NCBI RefSeq assembly: GCF_039654945.1
Contig: NW_027361804.1
Coordinates: forward strand, 3,720,001-3,784,000
Source: Dendrobates tinctorius
Taxonomy: Eukaryota
Length of the DNA stretch: 64,000 nt
Reading direction: 5' to 3'
A program made the translations under genes and the position numbers. Within the stretch, counting starts at the first letter, position 1; each line of letters opens with the position of its first letter. Shown piece after piece: positions 36,996-50,718 of the stretch. A model generated the notes under the pieces. That model was not told where the DNA came from and did not search any database. It was given only the letters and a program-made list of their open reading frames with translations.

Positions 36996-38319
36996 TGTTA
37001 TGAGCTCATTTTCTCCTTCACCTTTGATGTCCGATGAACTCCCTCTGCTGGTGAAGGGAGGTAGTGAAATTGATTTGGATGGGAAAAACCTGTCATCTGA
37101 ACAGGTGGAGTGTGATTGGACATCCGGAATCTCTGAGTGGATATAAGGCCGCTGACGCCCTGCTGGGTTGCTGGTGACCCTCTCTGCTCTGAGCTCTTGC
37201 ATCCAGTTTAGTTCCTGTCTACTAAGGCCGGTTTCACATTAGCGCTTTTTCAGCGCACGCACGGCCGGGGGTAGCTCCGCCCCCGAGCCGGCTCTCTGCC
37301 CGGCGTGCCCGCCCCTTGCTTGTAGCGCCGCCTACTAGCAGACAGCGGCGCCTGCGATCGGCGCACCCTATCTTTAGCATAGGGTGCGCAGATCGTGCGC
37401 AGGCCGTGCGCTAGTTGCGCTTTGACCTGCGCTGCGCACTTTTGACGGTGCGCCGTGCGCGCCAAAATCCGAAAAGTTTGATTTTGGCGCGCACGGCGCA
37501 CCGTCAAAAGTGCGCAGCGCAGGTCAAAGCGCAACTAGCGCACGGCCTGCGCACGATCTGCGCACCCTATGCTAAAGATAGGGTGCGCCGATCGCAGGCG
37601 CCGCTGTCCGCTAGTAGGCGGCGCTACAAGCAAGGGGCGGGCACGCCGGGCAGAGAGCCGGCTCGGGGGCGGAGCTACCCCCGGCCGTGCATGCGCTTAA
37701 AAAGCGCTAGTGTGAAACCGGCCTTAAGCTAAGTTTTTGCCCTGCTATTATTCCATGAGATTTTGTCTGGTTTCCTTAGTGTTTGTATTCAGCCTGCCCT
37801 TGTTGGGACTGGCTGAACTCCATTTTTGTCTCTGATCAGTTGATCTCTTTGCTCTGTTTTCAGAATATACCTGAGTGCTGATATAGTGATTTTGAAGTCT
37901 AGTGACTTCAGGGCCTTTTCTATCAGACGTGTTGGACATTATTTTTGGCAGGGTTTTTGCGTGATTGCAGACAGTTGCTTTTCTTTCCTGTCCTATCTAG
38001 TTAGTGAGGGCCCCATCGTTTTCTCAGCCTGTCTGTCTGTGTTTTCATCTGTTTTCACCGTCAATACATGTTGGATCCTGTCTATTGCTTTGGGGTATGC
38101 TCTGGGGCAGTTTCGATTTCCCCTTTCTTTCTTTAGGTTTATTTAGTTCTCCGGCTGTGAACGAGGTGTCTAGGACCACCGTAGGAACACCCCACGGCTA
38201 CTGTTAGTTATTGTGAATAGGATCAGGGGTCTGCAATCCACTAGCTACCAACCTCTCCGGTTTTCTGGACTTAGCTTGTATTTTTGTTTTTTTCCTCCTC
38301 CGGTGACTCATTCATAACA
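36996..38319. mobile_element. Solo LTR (TGTT...AACA, possibly BEL/Pao-like) carrying a MITE insertion
   Basis: Termini tgttatga/tcataaca with 6-bp TSD ATGTTC; homologous to 53377-54154. Confidence 0.82.
37226..37723. mobile_element. Palindromic MITE, PIF/Harbinger-like
   Basis: About 243-bp near-perfect arms ggccggtttcaca.../...tgtgaaaccggcc; TAA/TTA flanks; absent from the sister LTR. Confidence 0.88.
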
Positions 38320-39450
38320 ATGTTCTTTCTGTGTGCATAATTGTCATGGTGTATGACTTGAGACAGGAAACTGTCTAACAACCTCACCTTTGAAGAAGAG
38401 AGTTCCTCACCCATATATAAGCCTCTTGCATCTACAGTTTGGTATAATTGGTTACTGATACACCTGACAATAATCCTACAAAATCCATGACTTTGTGACA
38501 AGTGTCTCTAAAAGTGGTGAAAGAATAGGGCGCTCAAAAATACTGATAGGCTTTACAGTTATCTTTTGTTCATTCACTTTGCATTTTGATAAAAAATGAA
38601 CTATTATCACAAATTTTGAGTACATGGTCACCCAAACCTTTTGAATACGAAAACGCAAAAAAAATTGGTGTAGGACTTTAAAGTTAAATGATGAAAATAC
38701 AGATTCAGGATCTTCTCATATGGAAGAGCCATTTTCAAGCATTACATAATGTGAAGTGAATACATATATATGGAGCCATATATAAATATATGTGTATAGC
38801 GTGAGTAGAACGTCAGGGATAACCCCAGGGGTGCTCATTGTGAGACATCCTGCAAGCTGCAGCTCCGTGCGCATAGTTGTCGCTCTCCGGCGGGGATTGG
38901 CTGCACCCACAACACAGACTAATTGGCAATTATAGAGAAATGACTATCAATAAGCCAACTCTGGATTTAATTAAATAAGAGCGTCAGGCATAGCGCAGAC
39001 GGGAAGGAATTAGCAGCCCCCGGAGAAATGTGATCGCTTCTCACTGCTGCAGGAGGAGACACTTATTACACGGAATCATTGGAGATAGATTCGCTCATCT
39101 GGGAAGTCTTCAGAACCAGGGACCTTATAGGAAGAGAAAGAGTCCAAATAACATGACACAGGAAAGGAATGGAGTCCACTATTGCTTCATGTTGCGATAA
39201 CAAGATGTCATTCACTAGAGATCAGCGGTGACATCACTGAGTATGCCACCTATCCATCAGTACAGATCAGTTTACACACACACATGCAAAAACACTGTTA
39301 TTGTCCTCTGCACTGTGAGAATCATGTTGTTTCATCAGGTTTAATCATTGACTGGTGTTTGTCCGGTTTCCCAGCAGCTGTAAATGGATGACACGTGATT
39401 GTCTCCAGGATACTAGACTATCTGGATTCAGACCTTTATATTTACTGCAA

Positions 39451-42400
39451 GTGGATAAGCGGCATTCTCAGTGATGTCACCTCTGATCTCTGGTGATGGA
39501 TAGGAGGCTTTCTCAGTGATGTCACCTCTGATCTCTAGTGATGGATAGGAGGCATTCTCAGTGATGTCACCGCTGATCTCTGGTGATGGATAGGAGACAT
39601 TCTCAGTGATGTCACCGCTGATCTCTGGTGATGGATAGGAGACATTCTCAGTGATGTCACCGCTGATCTCTGGTGATGGATAGGAGGCATTCTCAGTGAT
39701 GTCACCGCTGATCTCTGGTGATGGATAGGAGACATTCTCAGTGATGTCACCGCTGATCTCTGGTGATGGATAGGAGGCATTCTCAGTGATGTCACCGCTG
39801 ATCTCTAGTGATGGATAGGAGGCATTCTCAGTGATGTCACCACTGATCTCTAGTGATGGATAGGAGACATTCTCAGTGATGTCACCTCTGATCTCTGGTG
39901 ATGGATAGGAGGCATTCTCAGTGATGTCACCTCTGATCTCTAGTGATGGATAGGAGGCATTCTCAGTGATGTCACCGCTGATCTCTGGTGATGGATAGGA
40001 GACATTCTCAGTGATGTCACCGCTGATCTCTGGTGATGGATAGGAGGCATTCTCAGTGATGTCACCGCTGATCTCTAGTGATGGATAGGAGGCATTCTCA
40101 GTGATGTCACCACTGATCTCTAGTGATGGATAGGAGACATTCTCAGTGATGTCACCTCTGATCTCTGGTGATGGATAGGAGGCATTCTCAGTGATGTCAC
40201 CTCTGATCTCTAGTGATGGATAGGAGGCATTCTCAGTGATGTCACCTCTGATCTCTGGTGATGGATAGGAGGCATTCTCAGTGATGTCACCTCTGATCTC
40301 TGGTGATGGATAGGAGGCATTCTCAGTGATGTCACCGCTGATCTCTGGTGATGGATAGGAGGCATTCTCAGTGATGTCACCTCTGATCTCTGGTGATGGA
40401 TAGGAGACATTCTCAGTGATATCACCGCTGATCTCTAGTGATGGATAGGAGACATTCTCAGTGATGTCACCGCTGATCTCTAGTGATGGATAGGAGACAT
40501 TCTCAGTGATGTCACCGCTGATCTCTGGTGATGGATAGGAGGCATTCTCAGTGATGTCACCTCTGATCTCTAGTGATGGATAGGAGGCATTCTCAGTGAT
40601 GTCACCTCTGATCTCTAGCGATGGATAGGAGGCATTCTCAGCGATGTCACCGCTGATCTCTAGTGATGGATAGGAGGCATTCTCAGCAATGTCACCTCTG
40701 ATCTCTAGTGATGGATAGGAGGCATTCTCAGTGATGTCACCTCTGATCTCTGGTGATGGATAGGAGACATTCTCAGTGATGTCACCTCTGATCTCTGGTG
40801 ATGGATAGGAGACATTCTCAGTGATGTCACCTCTGATCTCTGATGATGGATAGGAGGCATTCTCAGTGATGTCACCTCTGATCTCTAGTGATGGATAGGA
40901 GGCATTCTCAGTGATGTCACCTCTGATCTCTAGTGATGGATAGGAGGCATTCTCAGTGATGTCACCTCTGATCTCTAGTGATGGATAGGAGACATTCTCA
41001 GTGATGTCACCTCTGATCTCTGGTGATGGATAGGAGACATTCTCAGTGATGTCACCTCTGATCTCTGGTGATGGATAGGAGACATTCTCAGTGATGTCAC
41101 CTCTGATCTCTGGTGATGGATAGGAGGCATTCTCAGTGATGTCACCTCTGATCTCTGGTGATGGATAGGAGACATTCTCAGTGATGTCACCTCTGATCTC
41201 TAGTGATGGATAGGAGGCATTCTCAGTGATGTCATCTCTGATCTCTAGTGATGGATAGGAAGCATTCTCAGTGATGTCACTGCTGATCTCTAGTGACGGA
41301 TAGGAGGCATTCTCAGTGATGTCACCTCTGATCTCTGGTGACGGATAGGAGACATTCTCAGTGATGTCACCGCTGATCTCTGGTGATGGATAGGAGACAT
41401 TCTCAGTGATGTCACCGCTGATCTCTAGTGATGGATAGGAGGCATTCTCAGTGATGTCACCACTGATCTCTAGTGATGGATAGGAGACATTCTCAGTGAT
41501 GTCACCACTGATCTCTAGTGATGGATAGGAGACATTCTCAGTGATGTCACCTCTGATCTCTAGTGATGGATAGGAGGCATTCTCAGTGATGTCACCACTG
41601 ATCTCTAGTGATGGATAGGAGACATTCTCAGTGATGTCACCTCTGATCTCTGGTGATGGATAGGAGACATTCTCAGTGATGTCACCTCTGATCTCTGGTG
41701 ATGGATAGGAGACATTCTCAGTGATGTCACCTCTGATCTCTAGTGATGGATAGGAGGCAGTCTCAGTGATATCACCTCTGATCTCTAGTGATGGATAGGA
41801 GGCAGTCTCAGTGATATCACCTCTGATCTCTAGTGATGGATAGGAGGCATTCTCAGTGATGTCACCTCTGATCTCTAGTGATGGATAGGAGGCATTCTCA
41901 GTGATGTCACCTCTGATCTCTAGTGATGGATAGGAGACAGTCTCAGTGATGTCACCGCTGATCTCTGGTGATGGATAGGAGGCATTCTCAGTGATGTCAC
42001 CTCTGATCTCTGGTGATGGATAGGAGGCATTCTCAGTGATGTCACCGCTGATCTCTGGTGATGGATAGGAGGCATTCTCAGTGATGTCACCTCTGATCTC
42101 TGGTGATGGATAGGAGACATTCTCAGTGATATCACCGCTGATCTCTAGTGATGGATAGGAGACATTCTCAGTGATGTCACCGCTGATCTCTAGTGTTGGA
42201 TAGGAGACATTCTCAGTGATGTCACCGCTGATCTCTGGTGATGGATAGGAGGCATTCTCAGTGATGTCACCTCTGATCTCTGGTGATGGATAGGAGACAT
42301 TCTCAGTGATGTCACCTCTGATCTCTGATGATGGATAGGAGGCATTCTCAGTGATGTCACCTCTGATCTCTAGTGATGGATAGGAGGCATTCTCAGTGAT

Positions 42401-43755
42401 GTCACCTCTGATCTCTAGTGATGGATAGGAGGCATTCTCAGTGATGTCACCTCTGATCTCTAGTGATGGATAGGAGACATTCTCAGTGATGTCACCTCTG
42501 ATCTCTGGTGATGGATAGGAGACATTCTCAGTGATGTCACCTCTGATCTCTGGTGATGGATAGGAGACATTCTCAGTGATGTCACCTCTGATCTCTGGTG
42601 ATGGATAGGAGGCATTCTCAGTGATGTCACCTCTGATCTCTGGTGATGGATAGGAGACATTCTCAGTGATGTCACCTCTGATCTCTAGTGATGGATAGGA
42701 GGCATTCTCAGTGATGTCATCTCTGATCTCTAGTGATGGATAGGAAGCATTCTCAGTGATGTCACTGCTGATCTCTAGTGACGGATAGGAGGCATTCTCA
42801 GTGATGTCACCTCTGATCTCTGGTGACGGATAGGAGACATTCTCAGTGATGTCACCGCTGATCTCTGGTGATGGATAGGAGACATTCTCAGTGATGTCAC
42901 CGCTGATCTCTAGTGATGGATAGGAGGCATTCTCAGTGATGTCACCACTGATCTCTAGTGATGGATAGGAGACATTCTCAGTGATGTCACCTCTGATCTC
43001 TGGTGATGGATAGGAGACATTCTCAGTGATGTCACCACTGATCTCTAGTGATGGATAGGAGACATTCTCAGTGATGTCACCTCTGATCTCTAGTGATGGA
43101 TAGGAGGCATTCTCAGTGATGTCACCACTGATCTCTAGTGATGGATAGGAGACATTCTCAGTGATGTCACCTCTGATCTCTGGTGATGGATAGGAGACAT
43201 TCTCAGTGATGTCACCTCTGATCTCTGGTGATGGATAGGAGACATTCTCAGTGATGTCACCTCTGATCTCTAGTGATGGATAGGAGGCAGTCTCAGTGAT
43301 ATCACCTCTGATCTCTAGTGATGGATAGGAGGCAGTCTCAGTGATATCACCTCTGATCTCTAGTGATGGATAGGAGGCATTCTCAGTGATGTCACCTCTG
43401 ATCTCTAGTGATGGATAGGAGGCATTCTCAGTGATGTCACCTCTGATCTCTAGTGATGGATAGGAGACATTCTCAGTGATGTCACCTCTGATCTCTGGTG
43501 ATGGATAGGAGACATTCTCAGTGATGTCACCTCTGATCTCTAGTGATGGATAGGAGACATTCTCAGTGATGTCACCTCTGATCTCTGGTGATGGATAGGA
43601 GACATTCTCAGTGATGTCACCTCTGATCTCTAGTGATGGATAGGAGGCATTCTCAGTGATGTCACCGCTGATCTCTAGTGATGGGTAGGAGGCATTTTCA
43701 GTGATGTCACCTCTGATCTCTGGTGATGGATAGGAGGCATTCTCAGTGATATCAC
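39451..43755. repeat. 45-bp minisatellite (copy B), about 95 units
   Basis: Same unit as 1796-3407 but with a TGATGTCA core. Confidence 0.97.
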
Positions 43756-44438
43756 AGCTTGTTACCTTTTCCCATGAGAAGTTATATGCTCAATTGGAGA
43801 ATATATACACATTATTGTTTTGGACATTATTGATGCTGATATCACAATTTATACCGCACTCTTTAATATTTCTTATGGCTTTTTCTCTGAGGCACATGAT
43901 ATTAATACTTCAGTTCATTCTCTCTTATTTGTCATTTAGATTCAGCTAAAGGTAATAATAGTCTTGTGCTATAGATTCCCATAGACCTCCACCCACACAC
44001 TCCAGCTGCCACCACGGGGTCTGTACCAGAGACACTGCGCGATCATATACCAGACAAGACCCTCCCCCCTCAGCAAAAAATGATGATCTCTATATGTTCT
44101 ATTCATACAGTGAATATCACTGGATACAAACATAACAGGGGTTCTTTAAGGCTAAGTTCCCACTATGAGTATTTGATGCAGAAAAGTGGATGGGATATAT
44201 AGGAATCTCACACCCACTGTGATTTTTTATATGCTGCGTAGCCTGACCTGCGGGGCGTTTTTTTAAGATCTGCAACATGTTCATGTTTTTCCTGCGGTTA
44301 ATATGCATTTTGTTTGCAATTTTCTCCATAGACTTGAAAGAGATAACAAAAATGTGAGGAAAAAGCACTAAAGTTTCTTGCAATCAAAAAGTTATCAAAG
44401 TCATCAGGACATATTCAGAACATAGTAGTTTCAGTTAA

Positions 44439-46182
44439 CCCCTTAGTGACGGAGCTAAATTTTTTAAATCTGACCAGTGTCACTTTATGTGGTAATAACT
44501 CTGGAACGCTTCAACAAATCTCAGTGATTTTGAGATTGTTTTTTCGTGACACATTGTACTTTATGATAATGGTAAATTTCGGTCAGTACGTTTTGTTTTT
44601 ATTTATAAAAAATATCAGAAATTTGAGAAAAATGTTAAAAAAAAAATTAGCAATTTTCAAACTTTGAATGATTATCCCTTTAATCCAGATAGTCATACCA
44701 CAGCAAAACATTAAGGCTGAGTTCACACGTGGCGTTTTTTTCGCGTTTCCGCGGCGGTTTTAATCGCGCGATTTTGCCGCGAAAACGCGAAAAATAAGCA
44801 TCCCATGCATTCCTATGGGATTCCGCAATGCTGTGCTAATGCTGCGGTTTTTACCGCGGCGGAATCGCTTTGCGGTAAAAACCGCAGCATGCTCATTAAT
44901 TTGCGGAATCGCGGCGATCCCGCACCCATAGGAATGCATTGTTCCGCTTACTTCCCGCATGTGGCTGTGCACAACATGCGGAAAGTAAGCAGAACATTTG
45001 CGGATGGTACCCACGGTCCGGAGGAGAGGAGACTGTCCTCCGGGCTTTGGGTACCATATCCCTGTAAAAAAAAAGAATTTAAAAATAAAAAATATTGTTA
45101 TTCTCACCTTCCGGCGTCCCGCGCAGCCTTCCCGCCTCCCTCCACGCTTCCGTTCCCAGTAATCCTTTGCGAAAATGCCCGCGATGGCGTCCGTTCTCAC
45201 GGGATTGCGAAGTCTCGCGGTCATTCGCGCGACGTCATCGCGAATTACCGCGATCCCGCGAGAACGGACGTCATCGCGGGCATCGCGGGCATTTTCGCAA
45301 AGGATTACTGGGAACGGATGCGCGGGACGTCGGAGGGTAAGAATAACACTATTTTTTATTTTTTTTTGCATTTTTTCTTTTACTATTGATGCTGCATAGG
45401 CGGCCTCAGTAGTAAAAAGTTGGTCACACTCGTCAAACACTGTGTTTGACGAGTGTGACCAACCTGTCAATCAGTTCTCCAAGCGATGCTACAGATCGCT
45501 TGAAAAACGCTAGCATTTTGCAAGCTAAATACGCCTGTAAAATGCTAGTTTTTCCGCGGGAAAATCGCGGGAATTTAAAATGCGATTTTCCCGCGGACTG
45601 GAATTCCGGAATTCTCGCGGTAATTTCCGCGAGAGTTCCGGTACGTGTGCACTTAGCCTAATAAATAACATTTCCCTCATTCTGCCTTACATCAGCACCA
45701 TTTTTAAAACGTTAATTTATTTTGTTAGGATTTTAGGTGGTTTAAAAATGTAGCAGTAATTTTTCATTTTTTCAAGGAAATTTACAAAATTTATTTTTTT
45801 GAGGGACCTTTCCAGGTTTGAAGTGACTTTGGGGGTGTTTTATATTGGAAAACCCCAAACGTGATAGCATTTTAAAAATAGCACCCCCCTGAAAACTTCT
45901 GTCAGGTAGTTTATTAACCCTTCAGATAATTTTCAGGAATTAATGCAAAGTGGCATGACAGAAATGAAAATGTGTATTTTTACCACCTAAATGTCGTTGA
46001 CTTCTGAACAGGTGACAACAGCCGTCAGACTCTAAGGCCACTATTTGGTCGTGAATTGCCATGGCAAACATCACGACCACATAATCATGATCTTAGGGTG
46101 TGGATGGGGATAAAGAGGAAGCCCCCACACTCTGTTAACCATTTATATGATATTGTCACTATTGACAGCAGCATCTAAGGGG
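44439..46182. mobile_element. Non-autonomous TTAA-type (piggyBac-like) DNA transposon; right boundary uncertain
   Basis: TTAA|CCCCTT start and AAGGGG|TTAA at 46182; the 5' part is homologous to 54633 onward. Confidence 0.55.
44715..45658. mobile_element. PIF/Harbinger-like MITE with internal palindromes
   Basis: TAA|GGCTGAGTTCACACGT...ACGTGTGCACTTAGCC|TAA; internal inverted repeat at about 45095-45350. Confidence 0.85.
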
Positions 46183-46341
46183 TTAAAAAGATTTGGACGG
46201 TGCAAACACTGATTGTGGCTGCACCGTGCATCTGCTTAGTACGTTACCCTATGCATGGATCAAATGAAGCAATGAAACTGTGCCAATGTAAAGACATAGC
46301 CGTAGTGAATGGTTGCTGAAATGATCAGGGCACAGGGACAG

Positions 46342-46378
46342 CCCCACGCGTATCGCTGCTGCTCAGCTTATTCAGGGG
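46342..46378 (-). ncRNA. Variant or degenerate minimal type I hammerhead ribozyme motif
   Basis: Minus strand reads CCC CTGAATA A GCTG-AGCAG-CAGC GATA CGCG TG GGG. Helices and the ACGCGT palindrome are retained; the core differs from CUGANGA/GAAA/UH. Confidence 0.5.
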
Positions 46379-48564
46379 AGCTCTTTCCATTGGCACATTT
46401 TTTTTATTTTTTTAAATCGGGTGTATTTTTTCCCTGTATTGTTACCCACTCTTCTACGTCCATGAGATCAGGCACAGTTTCTAGGATTGTGGTATCTTGA
46501 CACACACCGCAAGCAGCCTCCCTGTGGTGTTCCCATGATCCTTCATTGCTTCATTCGATCCTTGCATAGGGTAATGTACTAAGTAGACTGAGCCACAATC
46601 TCTGAGACTTATTGTATGATGTGCACATTTTGTATTGTTTTGGTGACGCAGTACCATGGATTTTATTCCTAGCTCGGGTGGCTATTAGCCATATGGGAGC
46701 TGGCCATAAGCCATATTTCAGTGCCAGATTAATTCACCAACTATTGGCTTTATTCCCCTTTTCCCAGATTCTCATCATGGGTCACACATGTACTTTGATT
46801 ACATATTGAACTGACTTTGTCAACATCATTTATTCTATTGGCACCGGTAGCTAATATCATCTACTGTACTTACACATAGTGTATCACCATCTACGTATGG
46901 TTGTTTTATTATTGGGCATTCAGGGGCGAATTTGCACTTTTTGTGGATTTAGATTGCCTTGTTCTGTCCATTAATGAAGCATACTTTCATTGATTATCCA
47001 GTGTGAGGGGTTGACTCGCTCCGCTGATTCACAAAGGTAGCAACAGGAACAGTTCTGGTAGTAATTCAGCTGCTGGTTTATTTTAGACAACATAAATCTT
47101 TGCAGGGTTCAGGAAAAACAAACAAAGCCTTTCTGGCAAAAAGGTAAATCAAAGAAAGTCTCTCAGATCCTTGTGCTGCAGGTAAAGCACACAGTGTCCT
47201 TAGCTCCTATGGGAGCCACGTGGGAGTTCTACCTCTCTCCCAACACACCCGACAGAACTACAGGTCCAGGTATACAGTATATCACATGTACTAGTCATGT
47301 GATCATGACATCACTGCAGGTCCTGCAGGGAAAATGGGTACGGTGAGCACTTCCCGCCCGCACTGCAGATGCTCACATAAAACCAGCCCATTAAACTCTT
47401 TACGTGGCCTCTCAGCACCTAGTGCGCTGGAAGCACAAAAACATTCCGGTTTCAAATCACTGATCGCTGCATGCGCAGTGACACATACCTCTCTTCCTCC
47501 ACAAAGCCAGTGACTGTCACACCAGGTATGCACATCTTATATGTATCGGCCTTTTCTTCCCTCTCTTTGAAAATCTGCACCAAACACTCATTGTGGAAAC
47601 TTAGCCTTAGTGTCATGGGGTTCTGCTTTGTGTGTCTCTCATTATTTTCAGGACTTTATGAACAGAACTCTAGCTGATCCCATAAAGCAGAAGTGGGCAA
47701 CTAATCTTCCCAAGGGGCCATCTGAGAAGCTGGCACTGGTATGGAGGGCCAAGCCAATCGGCTGAACTTAAAGGGGCGATCCAAAACCAAAGATGAATTT
47801 CATACTTAATGTCTATTTAATGTAATAATCTAATCCCTTTTCTAATATAATTCAATTAAAAATTATCTTCTATTTAAATTACCTAACTTCCATTGACTTT
47901 TGTTTGAGAATCCCCAGTGCATGCTGGGCTATACTAAAATGAGCAGTCATCAGGGGGTCAGAGGCTGGGGTCACTGTCACAGCCCCTGCCCACTGCCTGA
48001 AACAAAACGGCATCAGTGATGTCTGTTTCAGGGGATGGGCTAGTCCCTGCTCCACAGATAATGTGAGGGTTGTAAATTCTGAGTGACAGTGTACTTCCTC
48101 GCCAGCAAGAGAGCGCACTGTCAGTGGAAATTTTAAGACAACGCGACAATCAGGGACTAGCCCAGACCCTGAAAAAGAGGTCACTGATGACACTTCATAT
48201 AAAAGGTGGGGAAAGCAGCTGTGGCTGTGATCGCAGCCTCTCCCCCTGAAAACGTCCCATGTGACTATCCCAAAATGCCCTGGAATTCTGAAACAAAGCG
48301 TCATTGGAAGTAAAAAAAACCAAAAAAAACATAAGACAGGAAGAGAGAGTAGAGTCAGAGTAGAGACAAAACAGTAGGAGATTTTTAATTGCAGTGTATT
48401 AGAAAAGCGTGTGAACATATAATCCCTTAAAAGGTGAATTCTATTTGGATACTGAGGTTAAAGCACAGCCAAACAAAACCCACTGTATAGTGAACAAAAA
48501 AGTGTAGAAATGTGTCTACATAAAAAGATAAAAGACCAGACACAGCCAAAAAAAAAAACATGTA

Positions 48565-50010
48565 CAGTGGGGAAAATAAGTATTTGATCCCTTGCTGATT
48601 TTGTAAGTTTACCCACTGACAAAGACATGAACAGTCTATAATCTTAAGGGTAGGTTAATAATGTTAACATTGAGAGAGAGAATATCAAAATAAAATCCAG
48701 AAAATCACATTGTATAAATTATATACATTTATTTGCACTTTGCAGTGAGAAATAAGTATTTGATCCCCTACCAACCATTAAGAGTTCTGGCTCGTACAGA
48801 CCAATTAGATGCTCCTAATCAACTCATTACCTGCATTAAAGACAGCTGTCTTACATAGTTATCTTTATAAAAGACTCCAGTCAGACTAACCTCTACAACT
48901 TGGGCAAGATCAAAGAGCTTTATAAAGATGTTAGGGACAAGATCATAGACCTGCATAAAGCTGGAATGGGCTACAAAACCATAAGTAAGATGCTGGGTGC
49001 GAAGGAGACAACTGTTGGTGCAATAGGAAGAAATACAAAATGACTGTCAATCGACATCAGTCTGGGGCACCATGCAACATCTCAACTATTGGGGTATCCT
49101 TGATCATGAGGAAGACAAGAGATCAGCCTAAAACTACACGGGGGAACTTGTTAATGATCTCAAGGCAGCTGGGACCACAGTCACCAAGAAAACCATTGCT
49201 AACACTGTGATGGTGTGATATGCTATGTGGATATCATTTTGTGTATATTTCTATTTCACTTATTATCATAGTGTTTTTCTTGTTGCCTTGTAAGTCTACA
49301 GCCTGACTGTATCTGTCTCTTGATGACCCCCTGTAGTTCCTTACTCCCCAAGGCTCCTTTGTTCTCCTCTGGGAGGCCTGCAAACCGCCCCAACTTGTTT
49401 GACTACCTCTGGACACAAGGAAGGGGGTGGGGAGGACAGGAGCTGGTCAAGTCAGTTTCTGTGTGGAGAGCATCGTGTAAAGACTATCACAGAAAGAAGG
49501 AAGCGTTTGGACCCATTTTATCCTCTGGATGCTAGAGTTTTGGTATCTTATCTTCCTGGACATTTTATCCTGTTACTGGACTGCATTCTTGTTCTGGACT
49601 ATTGCATCCTCAGTGTGGTGGATTGTTTATGGACCTTCTAATTTTGCCTTTTATAAAGGTCTTGGGATTGTTCACACTTCCCTCGCTCTGTTGATTGTGT
49701 GGTATCGGAGGACCCCGTGACAAACACATTACGCCGTAAAGGTTTACAATCCTGCAGTGCCCGCAAGGTCCCCCTGCTCAAGAAGTGACATGTGCAAGCC
49801 CGTCTGAAGTTTGCCAATGAACACCTGGATGATTCTGTGGGTGATCGGGAGAAGGTGCTGTGGACAGATGGAACAAAAAATTGAGGTCTTTGACATTAAC
49901 TCAACTCGCCGTGTTCGGAGGAAGAGAAGTGCTGCCTACGATCCAAAGAACACCATCACCACTGTCAAGCATGGAGGTGGAAACATTGTTTTGGGGGTGT
50001 TTCTCTGCTA
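48565..50010 (+). mobile_element. Degraded Tc1-like transposon, 3'-truncated and interrupted by a solo LTR
   Basis: TA|CAGTGGGGAAAATAAGTATTTGATCCC TIR, with an inner direct repeat at about 48750; transposase remnants [14 protein letters not shown] and TVKHGGGNI. Confidence 0.85.
49206..49722. mobile_element. Solo LTR, 517 bp, inside the Tc1 element
   Basis: TGTGA...GTGACA termini with 5-bp TSD AACAC; Tc1 coding sequence resumes after it. Confidence 0.82.
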
Positions 50011-50718
50011 AGAACTAATTAGCAGTGAAAGGGAGGAAGGGAGAGCCGCAGTCTAGCAAGGGTGCCACTATCATATCTTAGTGTGCCAACCTCCTCTGGT
50101 AGGTAGCTACGATGATAGGTGGAGAATAGGGTAATAGGTTTTTTTTGGCTGTGTCTGGTCCCTTATCTTTTTATGGAGACACACATTTTTACATACTATT
50201 TCACTAAACACGGGGTTTTGTTTTGATGTGTTTTAACTTCAGTACATAAATAAAATTTACCTTTTACGAGATTATATGTTCACATGGTTATTGTCTCCCT
50301 TTGGACAGATGTCTGTCCAGCCTCTGTTTGAAGACTTCCATTGAAGGAGAACTCACCACTTCTCGTGGCAGCCTGTTCCAATCATTGATTACCTTCAATG
50401 TCAAAAAGTTTTTTCTAATATAATAATAATAATCTTTATTTATATAGTGCCAACATATTCCGCAGCGCTTTACAGTTTAACAGTTTCAAAACACAAGTCA
50501 TAAGTAACAACGTTAACAATACAATAATTAAAGTAAAATAAGCCGCCCCTGCTCGTGAGAGCTTACAATCTACAATGAGGTGGGGGAGAGAGTACAGGTG
50601 TGTATTTACAATGATCTATTTACATTGATGGTCCAACCATCTTGAGAAGGTGGTGGACAGAGATAGTGAATGAGCTACACACGCACACTTACACAGAGAA
50701 TGACTGTGATTAGTGAAC

